Assembly: GCA_051362555.1 (NCBI GenBank)
Contig: CM120644.1
Span: forward strand, 21,164,534 to 21,228,533
DNA: 64,000 nucleotides
Direction: 5' to 3'
DNA from: Lingula anatina
Taxonomy: Eukaryota; Animalia; Brachiopoda
The translations under genes were made by a program, and so were the position numbers. Of this stretch, positions 53,003-63,535 are shown in pieces. Under the pieces are notes generated by a model, which searched no databases, was not told where the DNA came from, and was given only the letters and a program-made list of their open reading frames with translations. Positions within the stretch are counted from its first letter, which is position 1; each line of letters begins with the position of its first letter.

Positions 53003-54317
53003 ATGGCCAACTTCAAGCCGTTTCTTCTCCTGCTGGCATTGGGCACTTTCCTGTTCTTTACGGAGGCAAAACCGAGGCTGACTCGAGAGCTTGGCTCTCT
53101 GTATGACGATATCCTTACGAGAGAATTTAAAGATCTTCTCGACGAGAAGCTGTTTGGCCAAAGAATGGTAAGTCATATGGTTAACAGCGTCCAAATCTCA
53201 GTTCTATTGCCGACTAAATCAATATACTTTCGTTAGTTAAATGTTGCCTTGTATACACCGTGTTTCTTAATACGTCCCTCTATGATCGGCTAAATCCTGG
53301 TGATTGAAGTCATCTGTTGTTTGATCTATTAGACCTTGGACGAATAAAACGTTATTTGTCCAATGTTAGACTTGGCGCATTAGTTGGTAGAGTTAGTGTC
53401 CTTGACGAGCGTCGCATCGAGTCACTAAATTATTCCGGCTGACAGGTTTGGGCTTGTGGTCGTGATTTTCTACAAATCACTTAGACGATTGTTAAAAATT
53501 CACGAACTGGAAGGCATCTTATACATATGAAAAACACTTTTAGACTTATGATGTTAATACAGCAGTTGCTTAAAATCTAAAGTTTGAAGAGATCGGTGAC
53601 AAGTGCAATGGGAAATTTTTACTATTCGAAATTCTTAACACCGCTAGTTACTCTGCTTTATAAAAATGCTCAATATGGTAATTTCAGTTCAGAAATGACC
53701 AGAGAATGACAGGAAAACGAGTTATTATCTTTTTCAATGGTTCATTTCAGCCACTTTTTAAGCCCGCTGTATTATCAAATTAATTAACTTTTTTATCATA
53801 CCAGGCGCCATCAGATGTATGGCCTAGGAAACTACGTAGATTCGCCCGCAACTTTGACCTTGACGGCAACGGCGTAGTGACCAAAGACGAAGTCGTTGGA
53901 AAGACAGTAGAGGAAGCAAAGAACTCACTAGACACGGAAACGGCTGCCGAAGTGGCCGACACTGTAGCCGAGGCATGGAAGGCCGTGTTCGGCATGCCTG
54001 AAAATGGACTGACGATCAGTTCCGATGATATTGTAAAGACAGCCGACATGGTATGTGGCAATGAAGACAGGAAGAGGGAACTCAGAATATGGGCAAGAAA
54101 CGTCTTTGAAGAGGCCGACACTAACCACAACGCCGAACTTAGTCGATCAGAGCACGGGCTCTCGTTTAGGATGCTCCATGTTCCCCCTGCTGGTCTCGCA
54201 GCATCCTTTGTCGCCGCGGATAGAAACAAAAATGGCTCAGTCGAAAAGGAGGAATTTGTGGATGCAGTTGTAGATTATTTTTGTAATAAATCGCAGGATT
54301 CCCCTTTGTTCGGGTAG
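53003..54317 (+). CDS. Secreted SCP/aequorin/calerythrin-like EF-hand calcium-binding protein copy B, 225 aa; exons 53003-53167 and 53805-54317
   Basis: Exon 1 MANFKPFLLLLALGTFLFFTEA-KPRL…FGQRM|gtaagt is a signal peptide plus pro-region. A phase-0 intron leads to tcataccag|APSDVWPRKLRRF. EF loops are DLDGNGVVTKDE, DTNHNAELSRSE and DRNKNGSVEKEE; the C-terminus is SPLFG. Confidence 0.88.
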
Positions 54318-55834
54318 TAGGTTTCAGTTTAAACGGATGATATACGGAAGGCTGTATAGCCTGCTTCTAGACGGTAGAAACAACTACTTTCTAGTAGTTC
54401 TCAACAGAACATTTAACGGAAATTTCAAGTAACACATCAAAATGGTCTACTTTCGTAAAAAAAAATCACCTTTAAATAAATGTCTCAAAAATGTTTTTTA
54501 CTTTGTTATATGTACCTGTTTAACCCGATCTTTCATACTTTCATTCTTTCATAACCCGATTCATTCAGTTACTGTGTAGAAGTTGCCCTCAGTTTTCAAA
54601 ACGTTAGAATATTAAGATAAACTTTAATTGTACGACCGCAGCCCATAAAATCGCCTATCTAAACTTGACTTTTGAAATTGTGACTGTGTGTATTATAAAT
54701 ACGTAAATACACCGAGCTCCCCTTTTATCCATTTTCTATTTACTTGTTATCTATTCTCTCATAATGTCTTTTCATAATGTTTATTAGTGGACTGCTGTCC
54801 AGTACGCAAATATTCCAGTGCTGTCTTGTATTGCGCGGTTCTAAAAAGGTTACCTTTAAAACTGTGGCCTCGAGCTATTTTACTTATTTTTTTTATTTAT
54901 CTAAAAATAAATCGGGTCTCCCGCCTTTGTCTCCTTCGCATGTTTTAAATAAAAAATAAGTCAGGGATGAAGCGGCCGCTGGCGGGCATTACTGGTTGTC
55001 GGTTGGCTACTCATCCATGCTGCCTTAGTTGAACCCCCGCAGACGTGGATTATGACAGTGCCACTTGTTGTAGATACAAAATTGGTAATTTTTGGTAAAA
55101 ATGACTCCCCATGTTGTGGATGGTGTCTAGGGAGATATATGATGTAAAACAACCGCAAATAAAACATTTAATTCAATTGGATGAATTAACGATAGAAATG
55201 TCGGTATTTTACCTGCGTTGTGCATTGTTTCTAAGTTGTTATATGATGGTAAAAACCCGTAAATAATATAATTAAATTCAAAACACTACGAGTGATGTCT
55301 CTCGCCTGGTATCGTGGACCAAGAGCACTGTACAGGGACTCCCGCTTGTCCAAAGGGGCGTAGGATGGGTGGACTAGTTGTATACTCTTGTCTCCTGTCA
55401 TTTTAGGCCATTATGAAAGAAAAATGGACGGCAAATGAAATATGAGCAAAAGGTAAAAGGCCAGAGACGAAGAATGGCACTGCTGTCGGTCTGTTAATTA
55501 TCATTTATGGAATATAAATATGAGAACTGGGCTGCCCTCTATCGGGAAAGAGAAAAATATTGTATGCATTAAAGAATAAAGTATTTAATAGTTATCACGT
55601 TTTTTTAATTGCATGGTGGCAATGGCTACCCAAGAAGGCTGACAAGATGATAACCAGCACCAGTTACTCTTCAGATAAACTTTTATCAACGGTTTTCATT
55701 GTCTTAAGAGTCTTAATTGGGATGTAAAAGTTTTACAGGGCATGAATATGACTGTGGGGATTTTCGAACGCATGAAGACGACTTCTAGAGTACATTTTGA
55801 TGGGAATATCCCATGGAGTGAGTGGCCTTTCAAG

Positions 55835-56332
55835 TCAGTTTCCACAATAGTTGCTCAGGACCTTAATTTTCTTTATTTAATTCGACTGGGGGAAAGAAAT
55901 TTAATGTTACAAGATAACAAAATAAATACATTTATATCTGCTAGAGGGATTTTTTCAACGTATAGGCGATTTACTGAACAAGTTTTGTTTTGTAAAAACT
56001 GCATTAACAAGTAGTTTCTTATAACTAAGAAATACCATCGGTAAATAGAGCCCATATCCACGTAGTGAATATTAATCTTAATTAATCAGTTTCCATCACA
56101 CAGTTGCTCACCTGGACCTTGATTAATTTAATTTAATTTATTTGACTGGGGGAAAAATTCAATGTTACTAGAGAACAACAAAGTAATATATCTGCTAGAC
56201 AGATTTTATTACTGAGAGATTTTTTCAACGTATAGGCTATTTACTAACATTAACAAGTAGTTTCTTATTACTAGTAACTGTAGTAGTAGGCAAAACACTA
56301 ACGTATATCATCGGTAAAAAAGTCCATATCCA
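55835..56332. repeat. ~250-bp tandem duplication 3' of EF-hand copy C
   Basis: tcagtttcca…gttgctca…gactgggggaaa…tatatctgctaga…ttttttcaacgtatagg…cattaacaagtagtttcttat occurs twice. Confidence 0.8.
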
Positions 56333-56418
56333 TGTTGTAAAAACGAATCCGATCTCTGCCTGTTGAAATTTCTTAAGCGCAGAAGCAGGCCAAGTCCGAT
56401 TTTATAATTTCATTTTAC

Positions 56419-56934
56419 CTACAGCCCGAAGAATGGAGAATCTTTAGACTTATTGCAGAAATAGTCTAAAACTGCACTGACAAATTCAACCTTTTCCACT
56501 TTGCCGTTCACGTTTGCATCAGCTCCGGTGAAAGACGCCTTGAGGACAGTCGGGGGAACGTGGAACATGCCAAAAGTCAGCCGGTATTCTGCTGAACTAA
56601 GCTCAATGTTGTGGTCAGAGTCGGACTCTTCAAAGACGCTTCTCGCCCAAATTCTGAGTACCCTCTTCCTGTCTTCACTGCTGCATAATTTACCGGCTCT
56701 CTTTACGAGATCAGCAGAATCGATCCTCAGTCCTTCCTCGGGAACAGCGAACACGGCTTTCCATGCCTCGGTTACAGTGTCGGCAACTTCGGCAGCCGTT
56801 CCCTTGTCAAAAGCGCTGTTTGCTTCCTGCAACGTCTCCCCGACGACTTCAGCTTTGCTCACTATGCCGTCCCCGTTTAGGTCGAAGAGGCGGGCGAATC
56901 GCCGTAGTTTCGTAGCATATATAGCTGATGGCCC
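56419..56934 (-). CDS. SCP/aequorin-family EF-hand protein copy C (EF exon open; exon 1 not intact nearby)
   Basis: Acceptor tcataccag, then GPSAIYATKLRRFARLFDLNGDGIVSKAE…DANVNGKVEKVE…YFCNKSKDSPFFGL*. Confidence 0.8.
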   Translation of the reverse strand, partial: GPSAIYATKLRRFARLFDLNGDGIVSKAEVVGETLQEANSAFDKGTAAEVADTVTEAWKAVFAVPEEGLRIDSADLVKRAGKLCSSEDRKRVLRIWARSVFEESDSDHNIELSSAEYRLTFGMFHVPPTVLKASFTGADANVNGKVEKVEFVSAVLDYFCNKSKDSPFFGL

Positions 56935-57569
56935 CTGGTATGATGAAAAAATAGAATTCCATAAAAAGGATAGGTTTTAAAAAGTAAGAGTAGTCACAGA
57001 TTATGACGTGTACTCTAAAATACCAGACGAGCTTTGAAATTTGCCACAACGAACAAGTTGTTAAAGTCCAGTAATTTTCTTTGTCCAGTCACAGCCACAT
57101 GACCATAACAGCCTGCCAACGTCCCTGGTTTCAGATCAGATCGCCGGTTTCTGTTAGTGCGTGGGCGACACATATATATATACTCGTACAGGGCGTAGCC
57201 CACAACATAACATTTGTTCCAGCCAACCCTTGTGTGCGGAAGTTCCATCCTGCTCCCGTCTCCCAGTTGACAAGCACATACTAGTAAACCTATCCAGTAC
57301 CAGGGGCGGAGCTAGAAATATTTTCTGACAGTCTTCCAAATTATCTTTGTTGATCCATCCTCCATTTTGACCGTCTTCCGACAGAAAAAAATTAGATACC
57401 CGTCAATGTAAACTTATTCGCTGTTTCTCTTACAGTTGGCGTTTTGCACTTGCCTTTTAGCGGACGTAAAACCCCGAAAACCATAGTTTTATTGAGAACG
57501 GAGCTTGGTCTTTTTTCACCTGTTCTCTGTTTTCTTTTTGTACTTGTATATATATTTCTTTTGTCCAGT

Positions 57570-57620
<51 letters not shown>

Positions 57621-57762
57621 GAGTCTCGCTTAGGATTGCGAAACGTTATAACTTTGAAATTAATCGACCCGATTAGCTGTGCCGCAGATAAAAAAAATTA
57701 TTAATTAAATTGCAACTATCAGCCATGTAATCAGCCTTGAGATTTCTCAACATGTCAGAGGA

Positions 57763-57839
57763 TAAATGACCATCTATCTAGCTAGAGACATGTCTGTGAA
57801 TATCTGTAAGAAATCTATCACTCGCCCTGGTAGAGGGTA
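57763..57839 (+). repeat. 77-bp direct repeat, right copy, abutting the tRNA 5' fragment
   Basis: 75/77 identical to 50105-50181. Confidence 0.95.
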
Positions 57840-57886
57840 GGCCGCCCGCGTGGCAGGCGAGCATTCTACCACTGAACCACCGATGC
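57840..57886 (-). tRNA. tRNA-Gly: tRNA-Gly(GCC), 5' fragment (acceptor strand, D arm/A box, anticodon arm, variable loop) of an interrupted gene
   Basis: Minus strand reads GCATCGGTGGTTCAGTGGTAGAATGCTCGCCTGCCACGCGGGCGGCC with anticodon GCC. Its GCATCGG pairs with CCGATGC of the 49766-49788 fragment. Confidence 0.92.
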
Positions 57887-59774
57887 TTACATTTTATCGA
57901 ATCGTAGCCAAAAACGGCCCGAACCGACCCCAGACCCCCCTCCTCCCGACTGCCCAATAAAACAATCCGTGATATTAGTCAAATTCTCTACAAGTTTGTG
58001 CAGATTTGTTCTGTATTTTGAATTTTTTCCAACAAGCAATTTATGAACGTAATGCTCTATTTCTATTATATTTCCGTAAGGTAATATGATGTACATAATT
58101 AAAGATGTATCTCCTGCTACTGACAGAAGTGCGTGATGAGTTTAATAACAATAAATGACAGAGATGGTAGTTTTACACGTCTATTGTATATGTATGAGGG
58201 ACATATAAAAGGTGTGTTTGTTAAATTCAAACTAATTGTCCTTAAAGGAATTGTTCGTTTTTGACTTCTTATTACATCTATTATAATTCAAAAATTGAAT
58301 GCGACGGACTTCACTTGAATTCGAATCGATTGCATGGACACCAAATAAAATTCATTGGAATCATGCAGAAAATGCCACAAGGCAAAGGGCGTGGTCTCAG
58401 GTAAAATCGTGACTAAAGAGGGCAGAGAATTTCCACGCTTGGACTATGTACAATATTTATTTATTTATTCATTTCTTGAGACGTTACGCCATTTTATTTA
58501 CCATATAACAACGAGCATGGTTGATTTCAGTATGAAAATGTCAAGATAAATATAACCTTAACAGTACTTTAAACAAAATACAAACGCACAATTATGGTTT
58601 CATGTAATGTAGAAATAACATAACATTCTGACGTCAGAGGATACATAGAAATATGGAAACAAGATAAAAGTGAAGGAAATTTTTTAAATCATTTTTCCAT
58701 GTCGTCCGTAAGCAGGTCATGTTTATCTGGAAAAGACTTGCACGAAAACTAAACAGTTCTCAGTTTTGACCATTATTGGAGACCCTTGGTTTCATGCCAA
58801 CGGCTTACAAATGGCAAATCTAAAAATTTCCCGTCTTGATTTTTTTCCGGTTTAGCGTGCCATAATTTTGTCTGTGACTTTGTTGATTTTGAAAGAGAGA
58901 GAGAAATTATGTTTAACGTTAGATCGCGGTGAAGATGTGGTATTTAACTGCTAGAAAATTTCCATAACTTTCATTAGATAAAAATCTTCCTTACTGAATG
59001 ACCAGTTCGAAAATAAGTTTTAGATAAGAAGATTACGCAAATTATAAAGAAATTGTGAAAAATGATCAAGAAAGTCAAACTCAAGGAAGGTTACAGTTTT
59101 TATTTTCCACACAATCCAAATGCAATAAATTACCAATTGTTTTTATTTTGGTTTTTCAACTGAAAGTGTACTTGTACTTTTTGTGTCAATTCTGGTGCAA
59201 CACAAACAAAAACCGAACGTGGTTAAAAATTTATGATTGTCGTGAAGCACCAGTTACCGCCAGCCTTATTCAAAACACAGTAGAATCTTCGTCGACAAAG
59301 AGAGAAGACACTCCTCATGTCATCTTAAAACAAAGCTGTTCGATAGTTAACGTGGTTATAAACATTGGAAGTCCAGGATTTTGTCTTGAACGGGGGAGGG
59401 GGGAGGGTGTAAAACAGTAGAGGGAGAACTTAATTCTACAGTGTGTAATGAACCTTTTTATACATATGGTATGAACATCCCAATTCAAATATATATTTAA
59501 ATTTCGCATGCAAGCGTAGTCCCGAAATAAGGCAATACGTGTTCGACTTGTTTAGCGCATAACGCAATTCAAAGATTCCACGATTCTGATTTATTCGTCG
59601 ACGCTCGGTAACTACATATTCCTAAAACCCGTTCCCATACCTAGATCGATCTCGCAGGCTCGGCACATCTCCGAGGGGTTACTCGCTAAATTGCTTTCAG
59701 CTCTGATGTCTGTAACGCCGACTGAAGCTGTTAGGGGGTAATTAACTATCGTTTAGCAGCTTTAGTAGGCGTGC

Positions 59775-60558
59775 CTTGACCTATGCAGTGAGTAATCGGG
59801 ATGACGTAAGGAAAAGATCAAAAACGAAAGGGAAAAACTAGGAAATAAATAAAAATGAGCAAAAATGACCAAACACTGATACAATGTTGTAACTGTGTCT
59901 AAAATAAATGCTTGTAAGAGAAGTTACAGTGGAAATTTTACAGGAAGACTAACAACTGACATTTTTGGGGTCATTTAAATGTACTGTAAGCAAATTTGAA
60001 AAACAATAATAACAATTTATATAAAAAGGCTCCTCACACCAAGAAAAAAATGAAATAAGAAAATTGTTTGAAAGTATTTAATATTATTTGAAGTAAACTT
60101 ATTGGAGCAGACACATAGCACAAATCTACGGAAAACCATGCAGTTGTCTGTTATCATCAAAAATACTATTTAATTATACAAATGATCTTTAAGTAAAGCA
60201 TGTCATAAAAGAAAGCATAATCCATTAACTTGGAGGTAATCAGAATTTTTAAATTTGTATATTTTTAATTGGAAAATGTACTTATTGATATGATTCCATT
60301 TTTTCATAACATTTATTAAAGTTTTTTTTTCTAAAAAGTTAAGTGAAAGGAAAAAGATTAAAGAAAAAAAGAGCAACAATTCAACATACATTTTTCCCCA
60401 AAGAACATCCTGTATCACTGCATGTACGAACTCAGAAACAAGAAATACTCTTTCACTAGTATCTAAAAATTAGTATATCTTCATTTCTAAAGAATAATGC
60501 ACTACAAAAATTAGAAAATCTCAAGTACAGTATTACAGTATATGGACAGGCCTCTATT

Positions 60559-60602
<44 letters not shown>

Positions 60603-60610
60603 CAACAGAA
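59775..60610 (+). repeat. Dispersed duplicated segment, copy 2 (lacks the Helentron-type insertion)
   Basis: Colinear with 3461-3979 joined to 5801-6290. Confidence 0.85.
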
Positions 60611-61063
60611 CAATTTTAAATTTCTGCACAATTCACTTGCCAGGAATAAAGATTTAAGTCTTACTATCGTGATGGTTACTTTTTAGGTAATTTGCCAAAC
60701 TCATATAGTTATCATTAGTATAAACTGACAAATGAAAATATTTGGTCTGAAAGGATGACTTTACTTTATATAGATTCCTGATTACGTAAGCCAGTTGATG
60801 GGACTGATTGAAATTTTAAATGGAATACGATGTTACCCTTTTCTGCATTCTTCATTGAGCTCATGGCAGCCACCTTTATTAAATAATAAAGTCCACCAGA
60901 ATGGACTTTTCTGGCAATAAAAGTCATGAAGCTTATAAAAATACTTAGAATATTGTCAAGGGATAACAAATTATACGAGATCCATACTTTCCAACAAATA
61001 CTTTGTAAACAACTCAAAAATGTAATAAATACTACTATTCCACCAAAACAGCAATTATCATAA

Positions 61064-61614
61064 TTATAATGCATTAATTAAGTTGAACTTAATCTGGGTT
61101 TTTATATTCGCTGTCAAAGAATTTGGTGCAGTCGTGCTTGCCAACTTCTCAATTGCCTGAAAAATGAAAAACAAAATGTTTCCATTTCAACCTGACAGTG
61201 ATTATATAAACTTTTTTAGTCAGTTATGTATGAATTCATCATTAACTTTACAAATTTTGCATTTATATTATTTTGTTAGTCAGAAAAACTAACACACTTT
61301 TATTTTTCTGAACGCTATTTCTTAACAAAGTTTGCATGCCTTTGAAGTTTAGGTATGTTTACGTTTGTTGATATTACATACTGTTGTTTGAACCATGAAG
61401 CAATTTAGAATAATTGTAATTAAAACTTAAATGCCCTTACAATTTTCACCTACATTTCCTTTTCTTTTTCACTTGAACTATCCACAAAATTCTAGTGGTT
61501 TTACAATTGGAACATGGTAGAAAAACTATAATTTTTGAATTTCCTTACATTTTGCAATCTTTGAGAACCATTTTCATCCTCAGTTGCAGACAGGTAATAC
61601 AAATCCTCTACAAT
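61064..61614 (-). CDS. Last two candidate coding exons of an unidentified minus-strand gene (61549-61614, 61064-61156)
   Basis: gtttttcag|IVEDLYYLSATEDENGSQRLQN|gtaagg and catttttcag|AIEKLASTTAPNSLTANIKTQIKFNLINAL* join at phase 0. Confidence 0.45.
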
Positions 61615-62169
61615 CTGAAAAACAAAATTAATGATTTGAATACATCTAGACTGATATATAAATTCATTTATGTAATTACCTCCACCAAGGAGGTTACGGT
61701 AAAGTCTTGAAAATTTCGTCGCTTAAAAATTAATTAATATTTTTAATTGTGTAAATTCGACTAATTTTTCAAAATTACCTCTCCCCGACTCCTGGGTATG
61801 ACGAAATTTTCAAAAATCCGGCCTTTGGGCTCTTATCCTTAGCGGCTGTTATCTTTGACCCTCATATATTGTGGGATATTTATTACTACTACTTCCTTAG
61901 TCGTTTCTGGCGGTAAATAATAATCTATTTATTACTGCATCTCGATTATAAGTTATACCATAGAAGTTCTATGGTTATACTTACTGTACCCGGTAAGAAA
62001 TATACCTCCTGATAGAGGAGAACGACCAAGATAAGCCTAATTGCCTCCTTGCATCAATAACCCTGGACGCGACATACGCACTTGGCAACGTTTGTTGCGG
62101 GCAGGGCTTTTCCCAGGATTGAGTGTTAGGCGTCAAATTACCATCTGTAACTTCCTAAAAATTTACAGG

Positions 62170-63535
62170 GAGTTCAAATAATTGTTCCCGCTGACGATCT
62201 TACGCAATTTAAGTTCCTTGAAATAATATGAAAACTGCATTTTATTATTGCTTACTGTTACATCGCGAACGATCTCCCTCTGACGATCTTACGCTAAGTC
62301 CTGGCGATATTACGCAAACGATTCTTCGCCGAAGATACATGTATGCCGTAGGCGGGGAAGGGGTTTCAAGATAAAATTTTAATTATATATCATTTTAATT
62401 TTTATAATATTCAAAGGGGAAGGGGTATTAAAATAATGATCTCCTGCTGACGATCGTTCGCAAACTTTGTTCCTGCATTTTATTATTGCTTACATCGCGA
62501 ACAATCTCCCGACGATGATATGAAAAATGCCTTTACGTCATGCTAGGATCGCGAACGATCTCCCTCTGATATGATCTTACGCGAACAAAGTCCTGGGGAT
62601 ATTACGCGAACGATTCTCCGCCGAAGATATACCGTGAGCGGGGGAGGAGGGGCTGATTAAAGAAAAAATGAAAATGATTTTTTTTAAATCCAAAGTGTAT
62701 GTGTTTGGGGGAGGGGGGAGTTAAATAATGATCTCCCACTGACGATCTTCCGCGAACGAAGTTCCCTAAATCCCTTGAACTAATATAAAAATTGCATTTC
62801 ATTCTTGCTTACATCGCAAACGATCTAACGATGATCATCTTACACGAACGATTCTCCGCCGAAGATATGCCATGAGCGGGGAAGGAGGGGTTTAAGATAA
62901 AATGAAAAATATATATTATTTATAAAATTCAAAGGGGAGGGTTAGAATAATGATCTCCCGCTGAATATCTTTTGCAAATTAAGTTCCTTGAGCTACTTTG
63001 AAAATTGCATTTCATTCTTGCTTACATCGCGAACGATCTCCCAATGATGAAATGAAAATTGCCTTTTCGTCTCGCTCGGATCGCGAACGATCTCCCTCTG
63101 ACGATCTTACGTGAAAGATTCTCCGATGGATATATGCCGTGAGCAGGAGAAGGGGGGGGGGGGTTAAAGATAAAATGAAAAATACATGTTATTTATAAAA
63201 TTCAATTCCGATGAATATATGCCGTGAGCGGGAGAAGGGGGGAGGGGGGTTATAATAATGATCTCCTGTTGACGATCTTTCACGAACGAAGTTCCCTTGG
63301 ACTAATATGAAAAATGCAATTTATTTTCGCTTTCACCGCGAACGATCTCCCGGTGAAGATATGAAGATTGCCTGTTCGTCTCTCTGTAATCGCAAACGAT
63401 CTCCCGCTGATGGTCTTACGCGAACGGAGTCCACTTCAAATATAAAATCTGTTGACGATATTACGCGAAATATTCTCCTCTGAAGATATGAAAATTGACA
63501 TCTTGCCTCATTCGCATTGCGAACGATCCCCACGA
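62170..63535. repeat. CpG-rich degenerate tandem repeat (~280-300-bp units built of gcgaacgatctccc / gacgatcttacgc subrepeats)
   Basis: The motifs recur many times. cagggctttt at ~62102 may mark an enclosing DNA-transposon end. Confidence 0.8.

Larger units (their letters stand above)
49789..57839. mobile_element. ~8.05-kb non-autonomous insertion within a tRNA-Gly gene, carrying three EF-hand genes
   Basis: Its ends abut exactly the two complementary tRNA fragments. It has 77-bp direct repeats (50105-50181, 57763-57839) and 40-bp inverted repeats (49809-49848, 57713-57752). Confidence 0.75.

Noticed and set aside
53805-54317. Calling the EF-hand proteins photoproteins (aequorin/obelin orthologues)
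   Set aside because: The fold and RIW motif match, but the His residues near the N- and C-terminal helices and the C-terminal Tyr/Pro typical of photoproteins are not evident.
55300-55500. Possible retroelement 5' end or HDV-like ribozyme (cccgcttgtcc…ggggcg)
   Set aside because: The resemblance is vague; a nested double pseudoknot could not be built by eye.
51046-56980. Antisense ORFs 51046-51354, 53780-54229 and 56501-56980
   Set aside because: They are shadows of the GC-rich EF-hand exons on the opposite strand.
49789-57839. Assigning the insertion to Dada, DIRS/Ngaro or LTR classes
   Set aside because: No enzyme ORF, no 6-7-bp TSD, no TG…CA ends, and the repeat geometry does not match ITR/ICR; left unclassified.
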